In this document: positions 1-9,630 of the stretch, piece after piece
How the letters are laid out: each line of letters starts with the position of its first letter
Position numbering within the stretch: position 1 is the first letter of the stretch
Assembly: GCA_945897555.1 (NCBI GenBank)
Contig: CAMDGF010000002.1
Span: 389 to 64,388 of the forward strand
Direction: 5' to 3'
Length of the DNA: 64,000 nt
From: Klebsiella pneumoniae
GTDB taxonomy: Bacteria > Pseudomonadota > Gammaproteobacteria > Burkholderiales > UBA3065
Program-made: the position numbers and the translations under genes
The notes under the pieces: model-generated
Databases searched by the model: none
What the model saw: the letters and a program-made list of their open reading frames with translations, nothing else
What the model was told of the DNA's origin: nothing

Positions 1-990
1 GTCGCCGCGCTGCGCGAAACCCTGCGGCTGGCCGGCCTGAAGGTGCGCGTGGGCTCGTTGCTGCCAGAGATCACCGCGCCCACCCCCATCGAGCTGCCGG
101 ACGGCAACAGCCTCACCCTCGAACCGCTGATCCGACGCGGACGCCGGCTCGGGCTGGCCGACTTCGACCCCTGCATGGTGCTGCTCAACAACGACCTTTC
201 GGCCGGCCTGCCGCCCATGCTGCAGGGCATCGATCAGACCATCATGCCGCCGCCCGAGGCGGGCTGGCACACCCGCCGCAAGAGCAAGCATTTCGCTGCT
301 TACGACCAGGTGGCAGGCATTTTGGCCGAACTCATTGGCGTTGATCCGTGGGTCATCAACCCCTACTGGGGGGTCTGCACCGGGGTGGACTTTCAGGCCC
401 GCACCGGCGAGGAATGTCTGGCCGAGACCGTGCGCGAGGTGCTTGAGCGGACCCGCCGCAAGTACCGCGAGCTGGGCATCGAGCAGACGCCCTTTGTGAT
501 GGTGAAGGCCGACGCCGGCACCTACGGCATGGGCGTGATGAGCGTGAAGGACCCTTCCGAGGTGATCGGCCTGAACCGCAAGCAGCGCAACAAGATGGCA
601 GTGGTCAAGGAGGGCATGTCGGTGTCCGACGTGCTGGTGCAGGAGGGCGTGCCGACCTTCGAGACGCTCAAGGACGCGGTGGCCGAGCCGGTCATCTACA
701 TGCTCGACCGCTTTGTCATCGGCGGCTTCTACCGTGTGCACACCGGGCGTGGCGACGACGAGAACCTCAACGCGCCGGGCATGCACTTTGAGCCGCTCGC
801 CTTCGAGCAGTGTTGTTCCGAACCGGACGAGGCCAAGAAGCCCGACGCGCCGCCCAACCGCTTCTATGCCTACGGCGTGATCGCGCGGCTCTCTTTGCTC
901 GCCGCCTCCAACGAGATCGAGGCTCTGGTGACTGAGGGCTACGCCGAGCAGCCGCTGCCGGCCGAGGCCGGGCAAGCGGAGCCGGTGTAG
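1..990 (+). CDS. gshA: Glutamate--cysteine ligase, betaproteobacterial type (5' truncated by window edge)
   Basis: Frame open from base 1. Motifs LLNNDLSAG, KADAGTYGMG, GRGDDENLNAPGMHF and PNRFYAYGVIARL. Directly upstream of gshB. Confidence 0.93.
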   Translation, partial: VAALRETLRLAGLKVRVGSLLPEITAPTPIELPDGNSLTLEPLIRRGRRLGLADFDPCMVLLNNDLSAGLPPMLQGIDQTIMPPPEAGWHTRRKSKHFAAYDQVAGILAELIGVDPWVINPYWGVCTGVDFQARTGEECLAETVREVLERTRRKYRELGIEQTPFVMVKADAGTYGMGVMSVKDPSEVIGLNRKQRNKMAVVKEGMSVSDVLVQEGVPTFETLKDAVAEPVIYMLDRFVIGGFYRVHTGRGDDENLNAPGMHFEPLAFEQCCSEPDEAKKPDAPPNRFYAYGVIARLSLLAASNEIEALVTEGYAEQPLPAEAGQAEPV

Positions 991-994
991 CGCC

Positions 995-1939
995 ATGCGC
1001 GACTGGCTCTTCGTCACCGACCCGCTGGCGCATCTCAAGCCGGCCAAGGATTCGTCGATCGCCATCATGCGGGCGGCGCAGGCTGCCGGCCATGCGGTCT
1101 GGGCGTGCGAGGTCGGGCATCTGTTCGCCGACGGCGAGACGGTGCTGGCACATGCCACGCCGCTCACCATCCATCCGGCTGGAGATGCCGACTGGCGCGC
1201 CGAGGGCTCGCGCTCAGTACGGCCGGTGTCGAGTTTTGCCGCCACGCTCATGCGCAAGGACCCGCCGGTGGATGCCGGCTATCACACCGCGCTGCAGCTG
1301 CTGGCACTGGCCGAGCTCGAAGGCGCGCGCGTCTGGAACCGGCCTGTTGCGGTGGCCACGCACAACGAGAAGCTCGCCATCCTGCGCTTCCCGGATCTCA
1401 TTCCACCGACGCGCGTAACGCGCGATGCGCACGACATCGCCGACTTCCTCGACCTGCACGGCGACATCATCGTCAAGCCGCTGGACGGCATGGGCGGCGC
1501 GGGCATCTTTCGCGTACGCGCTGGCGACCACAACCTGGGCGTGATCACCGAGACCGCCACGCACCACGGCCACCGCCACGTGATGCTGCAGCGCTTCCTG
1601 CCCGAGATCGCCGATGGCGACACCCGAGTGCTGGTGATCGACGGCGAGGCTTTTCCGTTCGGGCTGGCGCGCATCCCGCGGCTTGGGGAGACGCGCGGCA
1701 ATCTGGCTGCGGGTGGCCGCGGTGAGGTGCGGCCCCTGAGCTCGGTACAGCAGGATATTGCTGGCAGAGTGGGCGCTTACTGTCGTGAAAATGGCTTGAT
1801 ATTGGTGGGGCTCGATGTGATCGGCGACCGCATGACCGAATTCAACGTGACCAGCCCGACCTGCATGGTCGAGATCTTCCGCGACACCAGCATCGATCCG
1901 GCGGCCCGGTTGGTCGCAGCGATCGACCGGCACTCGTAA
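995..1939 (+). CDS. gshB: Glutathione synthetase
   Basis: KDSS, MRKDPP, NEKL, KPLDGMGGAGIF, RGNLAAGG and EFNVTSPT motifs. Confidence 0.96.
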   Translation: MRDWLFVTDPLAHLKPAKDSSIAIMRAAQAAGHAVWACEVGHLFADGETVLAHATPLTIHPAGDADWRAEGSRSVRPVSSFAATLMRKDPPVDAGYHTALQLLALAELEGARVWNRPVAVATHNEKLAILRFPDLIPPTRVTRDAHDIADFLDLHGDIIVKPLDGMGGAGIFRVRAGDHNLGVITETATHHGHRHVMLQRFLPEIADGDTRVLVIDGEAFPFGLARIPRLGETRGNLAAGGRGEVRPLSSVQQDIAGRVGAYCRENGLILVGLDVIGDRMTEFNVTSPTCMVEIFRDTSIDPAARLVAAIDRHS

Positions 1940-2003
1940 AACGCAGGCGGCGCAAAACCGGCTAGAGTGAGACAGAAACCCGGACTCGGTCACCGACCCA
2001 GAC

Positions 2004-2414
2004 ATGCTTGGCATCCTCGTCATCGCGCACGGCAATCTAGGTCACGCCCTGCTTGAGTGCGCCCGCCATGTGCTCGGCGAACTGCCGGACCGCGTCGCCG
2101 CCATCGAGGTCTACATGTTCGACAACGAGGCGACCATGGTGGCCCGCTTGTGGCCCGCGGTGGAGGCCATTGATAACGGCCACGGCGTGCTCGTCCTCAC
2201 GGACATCTTTGGCGCCACCCCCTGCAACATTGCTGCCCGACTCATGGAGAAGGGCAAGGTGGAGGCCATCAGCGGTGTGAACGTGCCCATGCTGCTGCGC
2301 GCCATCTCCAACCGCAACCTGCCGCTCAACATCGCTGTGGGCAAGGTCATACACGGTGCCAAGGAAGGCATCATCCGGCTGTCTACCGATCAGTGTTACG
2401 GCGACGAGGAATAG
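2004..2414 (+). CDS. PTS mannose/fructose-type EIIA component
   Basis: ILVIAHG (phospho-His), LVLTDIFGATPCN, GVNVPMLL. Confidence 0.92.
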   Translation: MLGILVIAHGNLGHALLECARHVLGELPDRVAAIEVYMFDNEATMVARLWPAVEAIDNGHGVLVLTDIFGATPCNIAARLMEKGKVEAISGVNVPMLLRAISNRNLPLNIAVGKVIHGAKEGIIRLSTDQCYGDEE

Positions 2415-2417
2415 GCG

Positions 2418-2687
2418 GTGCAGCAGCGTGATGTCGAGATCGTCAATCGGTTGGGCCTGCATGCGCGGGCATCGGCCAAGCTGACGCAGACCGCTGCCAA
2501 GTTCAGCAGCGACGTCTTCATGACCCGCAACGGCCGCCGCATCAACGCCAAGTCGATCATGGGGGTCATGATGCTGGCCGCGCCCAAGGGTAGCCTTGTC
2601 ACGCTCGAAGTCAGCGGCGCCGATGAGGCCGACGCCATGGCGGCGCTGGTCAAGCTGATCGCCGAGCGGTTCGGCGAACCGGACTGA
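2418..2687 (+). CDS. ptsH: Phosphocarrier protein HPr/NPr
   Basis: GLHARAS (His15) and NAKSIMGVMML (Ser46); 89 aa. Confidence 0.95.
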   Translation: MQQRDVEIVNRLGLHARASAKLTQTAAKFSSDVFMTRNGRRINAKSIMGVMMLAAPKGSLVTLEVSGADEADAMAALVKLIAERFGEPD

Positions 2688-2695
2688 CCGCTGGC

Positions 2696-4261
2696 GTGAA
2701 GCCCCTCATGCGTCGCTGGCGCACTCCGCTGGCGGCGTTGCTGCTCGGCACCACCGCGCCGTTGGCTTTTGCCCCGACCGGCTGGTGGTGGCTGCTACCC
2801 CTCGACCTCGCGCCGCTGTTCTGGCTCGCGCTGCTGCGGCCCCGCACGCCCGGGTCGGCGGCCCGACTCGGTTGGTCGTGGGGCTTTGGCATGTTCATGG
2901 TGGGGATCGGCTGGATACAGGTGAGCCTATCGGTCTATGGCGAGCTCCACCCGCTGCTGGGCTGGCTGGCTGTTGCGCTGCTGGCGGCCTTTCTTGCGCT
3001 GTTTCCGGCGCTGGCGCTGTGGGGCGCTGCGCGCGCAAGCGGCTGCATGGCGGTGAGGCTGCTGCTTGCAGCGCCCGCCGCCTGGGTGCTTGCCGAGTGG
3101 GTGCGTGGTTGGGTGTTCACGGGCTTCCCGTGGCTCAGTCTCGGCGATTCACAGGCCCCCGATGGTTGGCTGGCGCCGCTGGCGCCGGTGCTCGGGCACT
3201 TTGGCCTGTCGGGGCTGATCGTTGCGGCCGCTGGTGGGCTGGTGTTGGTGGCGCAGGCACTTTGCTGGGCGTCCAGGCGACGCGCGCACCCCGGCGAGTA
3301 CACGCGCGAAGGCGGGTTTGCGTCGACCGATCGGGTCAGCGCCGCGCGTCCACTGCTGCTGGCCGGGGCAGCGGCGCTGTGGGTGCCCCTCGGGCTCGCT
3401 GCTGCGCTGGCCAACCTGGCGTGGAGCGAACCGGTGGGCGAGCCTGTAAGGGTCGAACTGTTGCAGCCCGATGTGGCGCAGCAGGTCAAATGGGATCCGG
3501 CCCACTCGCAGAGGGTGGTCGATCAAGTGGTCGGTCAGGTGCGCGCCTCCAGCGCGCGCTGGGTGATCCTGCCGGAGACAGCGGTGCCGTTCTTTCTGCA
3601 GCAGATGCCGGCCGCGGTGTTGGGCGCACTGCACGAGCCCGTTCGCGCGCGCGACGCCTTTCTGCTCATCGGTTTACCGACATTGGAGGGTGATAGCTAC
3701 TACAACTCGGTGGTCACGCTCGGCGCCACCACGGCCATCCCCTACAGCAAGCACCATCTGGTGCCGTTCGGCGAATTCGTGCCGTGGGGCTTCCGTTGGT
3801 TCGTTGATGCGGTGAGCATCCCTTTGGCGGACTTCAGTCGCGGCGCACGCGATCAGCCGCCGTTCGAGCTCAGCGGACAGCGCATCGCCTTCATGATCTG
3901 CTACGAGGACATCTTTGCCAGCGAGGTGGCTGCGCGCGGGCGGGATGCCACGCTGCTCGTCAACCAGACCAACGACGCGTGGTTCGGGCAGACCGCAGCG
4001 CCATGGCAGCACGCTCAGCAATCGCAGATGCGGGCGCTTGAGAACGCGCGGCCGCTGCTGCGCGCCACCAACAATGGCGTGACGCTGGCGGCCGATCACC
4101 GTGGGCGCCTGACTGCCGCGTTACCGCCTTTCCAGCCGGGTGTGCTGGCGGTCGAGCTGCAGGGCCGCACTGGCACCACGCCTTACCAGCGTTGGGGCGA
4201 CTGGCTGGTGGTCGGGCTCGCTGCGATCGTCCTGCTCGGGATATTGGCTCGGCGCAGGTGA
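2696..4261 (+). CDS. lnt: Apolipoprotein N-acyltransferase
   Basis: Multi-TM N-terminus, FTGFPW, nitrilase triad motifs LPETA, YSKHHLVPFGEFVP and ICYED, plus TNDAWFG. Confidence 0.95.
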   Translation: MKPLMRRWRTPLAALLLGTTAPLAFAPTGWWWLLPLDLAPLFWLALLRPRTPGSAARLGWSWGFGMFMVGIGWIQVSLSVYGELHPLLGWLAVALLAAFLALFPALALWGAARASGCMAVRLLLAAPAAWVLAEWVRGWVFTGFPWLSLGDSQAPDGWLAPLAPVLGHFGLSGLIVAAAGGLVLVAQALCWASRRRAHPGEYTREGGFASTDRVSAARPLLLAGAAALWVPLGLAAALANLAWSEPVGEPVRVELLQPDVAQQVKWDPAHSQRVVDQVVGQVRASSARWVILPETAVPFFLQQMPAAVLGALHEPVRARDAFLLIGLPTLEGDSYYNSVVTLGATTAIPYSKHHLVPFGEFVPWGFRWFVDAVSIPLADFSRGARDQPPFELSGQRIAFMICYEDIFASEVAARGRDATLLVNQTNDAWFGQTAAPWQHAQQSQMRALENARPLLRATNNGVTLAADHRGRLTAALPPFQPGVLAVELQGRTGTTPYQRWGDWLVVGLAAIVLLGILARRR

Positions 4262-4316
4262 TGCGGTTGGCGGTGGCCCGCCAGCGGAGCTCAGCGCAGC
4301 ACCGCAAACCGTTAAG

Positions 4317-4407
4317 GGGCGGCCCCCGTCCGGTGGTCTTTCCGAAGCGACTTCCGAGCGCAGCGAGAGGAGCGAGGAAAGTCGCCACCGGAGGCAGTGG
4401 GCCGCCC
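4317..4407. repeat. Long imperfect palindrome (nested stem-loop) between convergent lnt and the MidA-family gene; REP/MITE-like or structured RNA
   Basis: Nested complementary arms GGGCGGCCC 4317-4325 / GGGCCGCCC 4399-4407, TCCGGTGG 4329-4336 / CCACCGGA 4385-4392, CTTTCC 4338-4343 / GGAAAG 4376-4381. Confidence 0.55.
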
Positions 4408-4468
4408 TCCATCACTGGAAGTAGTGGGCCGCTTGGCATGCTCCTGCGGACAACAGGCCGCCTCCCGA

Positions 4469-5563
4469 CTACCGCCCCCAGACCGCGACCCGGAACAGCT
4501 CTCCCATCTCGGCCGGCGAGAGCAGCCGGTTGGCCTCTGCCGACAGCGGCAGGTAGCGCGCCGGGTCATCAGCCGGCGTACGCGACAGCACATCGAGGAT
4601 GCCGGCGTCGATCAGGAACCGTGCAAAGCCCACGTGGCCGCCCTCCAGCCCCGCCTCGGCCGCGACCTCGTCCAGCGCATCGAAGTTGACGTGCGCAGTG
4701 ATGTCCTGCTGCCCGGGCAGCCAGAACGGGTCGTCGTTGGCGGTGTGCCGATGGTGACAGCGCAGGGTGCCTTGCGCACGCTGTGGGTGGTAGTAGGTGG
4801 CTTCGTCGAAGCCGTAGTCAACGAACAGGAGCAGGCCACGCGTCAGCCGCTCGGCGAGGCTGGCGATAAAAGCCTCCTGTCGGGGGTGGACCTCGCTGAG
4901 GTAGCCGTCCGGCCATGCGCCGGCGTGCACGCGCTGGATGGCCCGCGCCGCCAGCGCATCCGCCGTCGGCGGCCGGTCCGACCACGCCAGCTCGCCCTGC
5001 ACCAAGCTCACCCCGCGCTCGAGCACGCCCCCTGCGTGGCCCACCAGCAGATGCACCGGCATGGCGTCGAGCACCTCGTTACCCAACACCGCACCTTCGA
5101 TGCGCTCAGGCAAAGCACTGAGCCACTCGGTTCGCGCCAGCGCACCCGGTATGGAGGCCACGCGTTCGCGCTGCCGGGCCGCCAACGGAGCGCTCACCTC
5201 GACGATGCGGTAGCGCACATCGGCGAGGCTCGGGTGGCTCAGAAGCTGCGATGCCAAAAGCCCGCTTCCTGCGCCAAATTCCGTGATCGTGCGTGCATCT
5301 GACGGCAAATTCGCATCGAGCCACTGGGCCAGCGTGGCACCAAAGAGCCCTCCGGTCTCAGGGGCGGTGACAAAGTCTCCGCCAACTCCGAACACCGGCC
5401 GGCCGCTGCTGTAATAGCCCAGGCCGGGCTCGTAAAGCGCCATGTCCATGTAGCGGGCGAAAGGTATCCAGCCACCCGCTTGTTCGATGTCGGCCTCGAT
5501 TCGCGGCCGCAGCGCTGAGCTCGTGGGGGGCTCGCCTGGAGGTGCTGGAGGAAGTCTAAGCAT
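4469..5563 (-). CDS. SAM-dependent methyltransferase, MidA/NDUFAF7 family
   Basis: FARYMDMALYEPGLGYY, GDFVTAPE, EFGAGSG, NEVLDAMP, DYG, QDITAHVNF, EMGELF. Start placed at ATG 5563. Confidence 0.92.
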   Translation of the reverse strand: MLRLPPAPPGEPPTSSALRPRIEADIEQAGGWIPFARYMDMALYEPGLGYYSSGRPVFGVGGDFVTAPETGGLFGATLAQWLDANLPSDARTITEFGAGSGLLASQLLSHPSLADVRYRIVEVSAPLAARQRERVASIPGALARTEWLSALPERIEGAVLGNEVLDAMPVHLLVGHAGGVLERGVSLVQGELAWSDRPPTADALAARAIQRVHAGAWPDGYLSEVHPRQEAFIASLAERLTRGLLLFVDYGFDEATYYHPQRAQGTLRCHHRHTANDDPFWLPGQQDITAHVNFDALDEVAAEAGLEGGHVGFARFLIDAGILDVLSRTPADDPARYLPLSAEANRLLSPAEMGELFRVAVWGR

Positions 5564-5586
5564 CTGATTATGGTACCCTTTGGCCC
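5564..5586. promoter_or_regulatory. Putative bidirectional sigma70 promoter driving two leaderless mRNAs
   Basis: Plus strand TG-G-TACCCT (5571-5579) then 7 nt then ATG 5587. Minus strand TACCAT (5575-5570) then 6 nt then ATG 5563. No Shine-Dalgarno on either side. Confidence 0.6.
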
Positions 5587-6363
5587 ATGCAAAAAGCCGA
5601 ATCCAGCAACAGCCAGATTGGCGATCCACCGCGTGTTGCGCTCATCACTGGCGGTGCCAAGCGAGTCGGCGCAGCCATCGCGCGGCGCCTGCATGCCGCC
5701 GGTTTCCAGCTGATGATCCACTATCGTAGTTCGGAGAGTGACGCACGCACGCTGCAGGCCTTGCTCAACGACATCCGCCCGGGTTCGGTGGCGCTGGTGC
5801 AAGCGGACCTGCTCAACATCGAGGGACTCAACACCTTGGTCGATGAGACTGTACGCACCTTCGACCGCCTCGATGTGCTGGTCAACAATGCGTCGAGCTT
5901 CAGCCCTACGCCAGTCGGTGAGATCACCAAGAAGGATTGGGACGACCTCATCGGCTCCAACCTGCTGGCGCCGCTTTTTTTGTCGCAAGCGGCCATGCCG
6001 CAGCTGCGGGCGCACCGTGGCTGCATCGTCAACATCGTTGATATTCACGCCGACCGGCCGATGAAGAACTATGTCGTCTACAGCACCGCCAAGGCCGGTC
6101 TGGCCAACCTCACCCGATCGCTGGCGCGCGAACTCGCGCCCGAGGTGCGGGTCAATGGCGTCGCCCCCGGCGCCATCACCTGGCCGGAGGATGCGAGCTG
6201 GCAGGACGAACTGGCCCGGCAGCGCATCATCAACACGGTGCCGCTGCGCCGTGTCGGCGACCCCGACGACATTGCGCGCGCGGTGCTCTTTCTGGTCGAT
6301 GATGCGCCCTATGTCACCGGCCACATCATCAACGTCGATGGCGGCCGCAGTGCGCATCTGTGA
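5587..6363 (+). CDS. folM: Pteridine reductase / dihydromonapterin reductase (SDR family)
   Basis: TGGAKRVG, HYRSS, LVNNASSF, VNIVDIH, YSTAK, VRVNGVAPG. Divergent pairing with MidA is typical. Confidence 0.88.
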   Translation: MQKAESSNSQIGDPPRVALITGGAKRVGAAIARRLHAAGFQLMIHYRSSESDARTLQALLNDIRPGSVALVQADLLNIEGLNTLVDETVRTFDRLDVLVNNASSFSPTPVGEITKKDWDDLIGSNLLAPLFLSQAAMPQLRAHRGCIVNIVDIHADRPMKNYVVYSTAKAGLANLTRSLARELAPEVRVNGVAPGAITWPEDASWQDELARQRIINTVPLRRVGDPDDIARAVLFLVDDAPYVTGHIINVDGGRSAHL

Positions 6364-6420
6364 TCTAACGGCACCGGGCATGACCATCGCGCTCGCTCAT
6401 GCTGCTCCCCTGGTCTGCTC

Positions 6421-7446
6421 ATGAGCGCCCAGACCATCGGCTTTCGTCAGCGGCCAGCACCGCAGCGGGACGGGCACGAGGCCGACGCAGGGGGCGAGAC
6501 AGGGCTTCCGGCGACGCCTGACGGCCGTCGCGGCTTCAGCCGCTCCACCGGCACCTCGCGCCGGCAGGTGGCGCTGGAGAAGCGCATCCGCCGCCTCACC
6601 GGCATGGCCATCGAGCACTTCGCCATGATCGAGGACGGCGACCGCATCATGGTCTGCCTCTCCGGCGGCAAGGACAGCTACACCCTGCTCGACATCCTGC
6701 TCAAGTTGCAGGCCGTGGCACCCGTGCGCTTCGAGCTCATCGCCGTCAACCTCGACCAGAAGCAGCCGGGTTTCCCGGATCACATCCTGCCGGAGTACCT
6801 CACCGCGCTCGGCGTGCCTTTCCACATCGAGACGCAGGACACCTACAGCATCGTCAAGCGCGTGGTGCCGGAGGGCAAGACCACCTGCGGGCTGTGCTCG
6901 CGCCTGCGCCGCGGCATCTTGTACCGCGTGGCCGATGAGCTCGGCGCCACCAAGATCGCGCTCGGCCACCACCGCGACGACATCCTCGAGACCTTCTTCC
7001 TCAACCTGTTCCACGGCGGCAAGCTCAAGACCATGCCACCCAAGCTGGTCTCTGACGATGGTCGCCACGTGGTGATCCGGCCACTGGCCTATGTGCCGGA
7101 GCGCGACATCGAGAAGTACGCAGCGATGGCCGGCTACCCCATCATCCCGTGCAATCTGTGCGGTTCGCAGCCCAACCTCAAGCGCGCCGAGACCAAGGCC
7201 ATGCTGCGGCAATGGGAGAAGGACTTCCCGGGGCGGGTCGAGAGCACCTTCCGCGCCATGTCGCAGGTGGTGCCCACCCATCTGCTCGACCATCAGCTCA
7301 ACGACTTCAGGGCGGTGCGAGCTGATGGTGTCGCCCGCGAGGATGGCGACACCGCCTTTGATGCGGTGGCAGTGGAACCGCTGCCGGCAAGCTTTGCCGA
7401 GATAGCCATCGATGGCGACGGCGAGATGGACGACGAGGCCGATTAA
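6421..7446 (+). CDS. ttcA: tRNA 2-thiocytidine(32) synthetase
   Basis: PP-loop [30 protein letters not shown]. Confidence 0.96.
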   Translation: MSAQTIGFRQRPAPQRDGHEADAGGETGLPATPDGRRGFSRSTGTSRRQVALEKRIRRLTGMAIEHFAMIEDGDRIMVCLSGGKDSYTLLDILLKLQAVAPVRFELIAVNLDQKQPGFPDHILPEYLTALGVPFHIETQDTYSIVKRVVPEGKTTCGLCSRLRRGILYRVADELGATKIALGHHRDDILETFFLNLFHGGKLKTMPPKLVSDDGRHVVIRPLAYVPERDIEKYAAMAGYPIIPCNLCGSQPNLKRAETKAMLRQWEKDFPGRVESTFRAMSQVVPTHLLDHQLNDFRAVRADGVAREDGDTAFDAVAVEPLPASFAEIAIDGDGEMDDEAD

Positions 7447-8150
7447 TCGGCGAGGCGCAGCGTCTCGGCTCCGTCGGGGGTCACCTGCAACGCTGTACCC
7501 ACGCCATACCAGTCAGCCAGCACCCAGCGCTCGCACTCGCGGCCCGCGACCTTGAGCTTGTGCTGCGCCGGCCGGTGGGTGTGGCCGTGCAGCAGGCGTG
7601 CTGCGCCGGTCTCGCGCAGCACCGCATCGACCGCCTGCGGCGTGACGTCGAGCACCGCCATGGGCACGCGCGCTTGCGCCGAGCGGCTGCGCTGGCGGGT
7701 GTACCCGGCAAAGCGCCGTCGCCACGCATGGGGCAGGCGCAGGAACAGCATTTGCACCCAGCCGCGCCGCACCACCGCGCGGAAGCGCTGGTAGCCGATG
7801 TCGTCGGTACAAAGGGTGTCGCCATGCAGCAACAGCGTCGGCGTGCCATAGAGGTCGATCAGGGTCGGCTCGGGCAGCAGCGTGGCTCCGGCCGCCACCT
7901 CGAAGGCGTGGCCTAGCAGGAAATCGCGATTGCCGTGCATGAGGTAGACCGGGCAGCGGGCATCGTGCAGCGCTTCGGCCACCGCCTCGTTGAACGGCTC
8001 GCGCAAGTCATCGTCGCCGACCCAGTATTCAAAGATGTCGCCGAGCAGATAGAGCGCGTCTGCGGCGGGGGTGCGCTCGACGAGCTGGCGCAACTCGTCG
8101 AGACCCTGCGGGTGCTGCGCCGAGAGATGCAGGTCGGAGGCGAACAGCAC
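7443..8150 (-). CDS. lpxH: UDP-2,3-diacylglucosamine diphosphatase
   Basis: [40 protein letters not shown]. Follows ppiB. Start (GTG 8150) approximate. Confidence 0.93.
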   Translation of the reverse strand: MLFASDLHLSAQHPQGLDELRQLVERTPAADALYLLGDIFEYWVGDDDLREPFNEAVAEALHDARCPVYLMHGNRDFLLGHAFEVAAGATLLPEPTLIDLYGTPTLLLHGDTLCTDDIGYQRFRAVVRRGWVQMLFLRLPHAWRRRFAGYTRQRSRSAQARVPMAVLDVTPQAVDAVLRETGAARLLHGHTHRPAQHKLKVAGRECERWVLADWYGVGTALQVTPDGAETLRLAD

Positions 8151-8191
8151 CGCACCACGACCCTCGCCCGCCCGATAGCGATGCAGTGGCT

Positions 8192-8692
8192 TCAGGCGAC
8201 TTCCTCGGCGCCGGTGATGACGATGTCCTGTTCCGGAACGTCGGCATGGAACCCTTGCTTGACGGTGCGCACCTTGACCATGCTGTCGATCACTTCGGTG
8301 CCCTCGACCACCTTGCCGAACACGCAGTAGCCCCAACCCTGACCGCTGGGTGCGGTGTGGTTGAGGAAATCGTTGTCGACCACGTTGATGAAGAACTGGG
8401 CGCTGGCCGAATGCGGTTCTGAGGTGCGTGCCATGGCAATGGTGTAGCGCTGATTGCCAAGACCGTTGGTGGCCTCGTTGGGGATCGGCGCACGCGTCGG
8501 CTTTTGCTTGAGGCCTGGCTCGAATCCACCGCCCTGGATCATGAAGCCCTTGATGACCCGGTGAAAGATGGTGTTGGCGTAGTGGCCATCGCGGACATAC
8601 GAGAGAAAGTTGGCGACGGTCTCCGGGGCCTTCTCAGTGTCGAGTTCGAGGGTGATGTCACCCATGCTGGTGGTCAATCGGACCTTGCTCAT
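8192..8692 (-). CDS. ppiB: Cytoplasmic cyclophilin-type peptidyl-prolyl isomerase
   Basis: [40 protein letters not shown] upstream of ATG 8692. Confidence 0.95.
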   Translation of the reverse strand: MSKVRLTTSMGDITLELDTEKAPETVANFLSYVRDGHYANTIFHRVIKGFMIQGGGFEPGLKQKPTRAPIPNEATNGLGNQRYTIAMARTSEPHSASAQFFINVVDNDFLNHTAPSGQGWGYCVFGKVVEGTEVIDSMVKVRTVKQGFHADVPEQDIVITGAEEVA

Positions 8693-8726
8693 TGCGTTTC
8701 CTGGTCGAAAGAGGGCCTGCGCTCTG

Positions 8727-9428
8727 TCAGGGCGTAGTGCGCCGCTGGGGCGCACGCTGCCCTATTGTGGACCCCGGCGCAGGTTTAGTGGCGCTGGCCT
8801 GTGGCTTGCTAGCCAGCCCGGGGGCGCTGCTGCCTTCGGCGACACTCTGTGGCCCATCGATCCGCGAGGCTTCGTTGATGACGACGCTCTGCAAAGGCGC
8901 GTCCTCAAAGACAGTTCCGGCGGTGCCGCGCGGCATGCGACTCACGCGATCGGCCACATCCATGCCTTCGACCACCGTGGCAAATGCGCAGTAACCCTCG
9001 TAGCCGGCCTGCGGACGGACATGGTCGAGATGAGGGTTGTCCTCGACGTTGATGAAGAATTGGCTGGTGGTCGAGCGCGGCGCCATGCTGCGCGCCATGG
9101 CCACCGTGCCGCGGCGGTTCTTGAGACAGCGGGCCGCCTCGTTGTCGATCGGCTCGCGGATCGGACGCGGGCGCAACGTCGCATCGTAGCCACCGCCTTG
9201 CACCATGAAGCCTGGGATCACCCGGTGCACCACGGTGCCGGCATAGAAGCCGTCGTCGACGTAGGCGAGGAAGTTCGCGACCGTCTGCGGGGCGGTCTCG
9301 GGGTGCAGCTTGAGGACGATACGCCCCTCGCTGGTCCGTAATTCGACAAAAGGCTCGGCGGCGACTTGGCCTGCAGCTGGCAACCATGCCAGCATCAGGC
9401 TCAGCGCCATGTACACGCGCAGTGCCAT
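8727..9428 (-). CDS. ppiA: Periplasmic cyclophilin-type peptidyl-prolyl isomerase with low-complexity C-terminal tail
   Basis: Signal peptide, [34 protein letters not shown]. Confidence 0.9.
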   Translation of the reverse strand: MALRVYMALSLMLAWLPAAGQVAAEPFVELRTSEGRIVLKLHPETAPQTVANFLAYVDDGFYAGTVVHRVIPGFMVQGGGYDATLRPRPIREPIDNEAARCLKNRRGTVAMARSMAPRSTTSQFFINVEDNPHLDHVRPQAGYEGYCAFATVVEGMDVADRVSRMPRGTAGTVFEDAPLQSVVINEASRIDGPQSVAEGSSAPGLASKPQASATKPAPGSTIGQRAPQRRTTP

Positions 9429-9630
9429 GGTCTCCTCTAGCGGCTCTTGGTCCGGGGTCTGCGCCCCGTCATGCTATGCTCCGCGCCTCTCAGAACCCTG
9501 CTGCCGGGGGCGTCTCGAGCTGTCCTGCCAGCGAGTGTAGAACGGCTCACGGACCGATGCACCCCCATCCGAAAAAGAAAACAGCTTTCCCCAATGCGCC
9601 GCTCGCAGAAGCCGCGCTCGAGGCCCAAAG

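Noticed and set aside
5975-5981. T7 run in folM (and T6 runs in the O-antigen ligase)
   Set aside because: Short runs explained by Leu/Phe codons; below typical slippage lengths.
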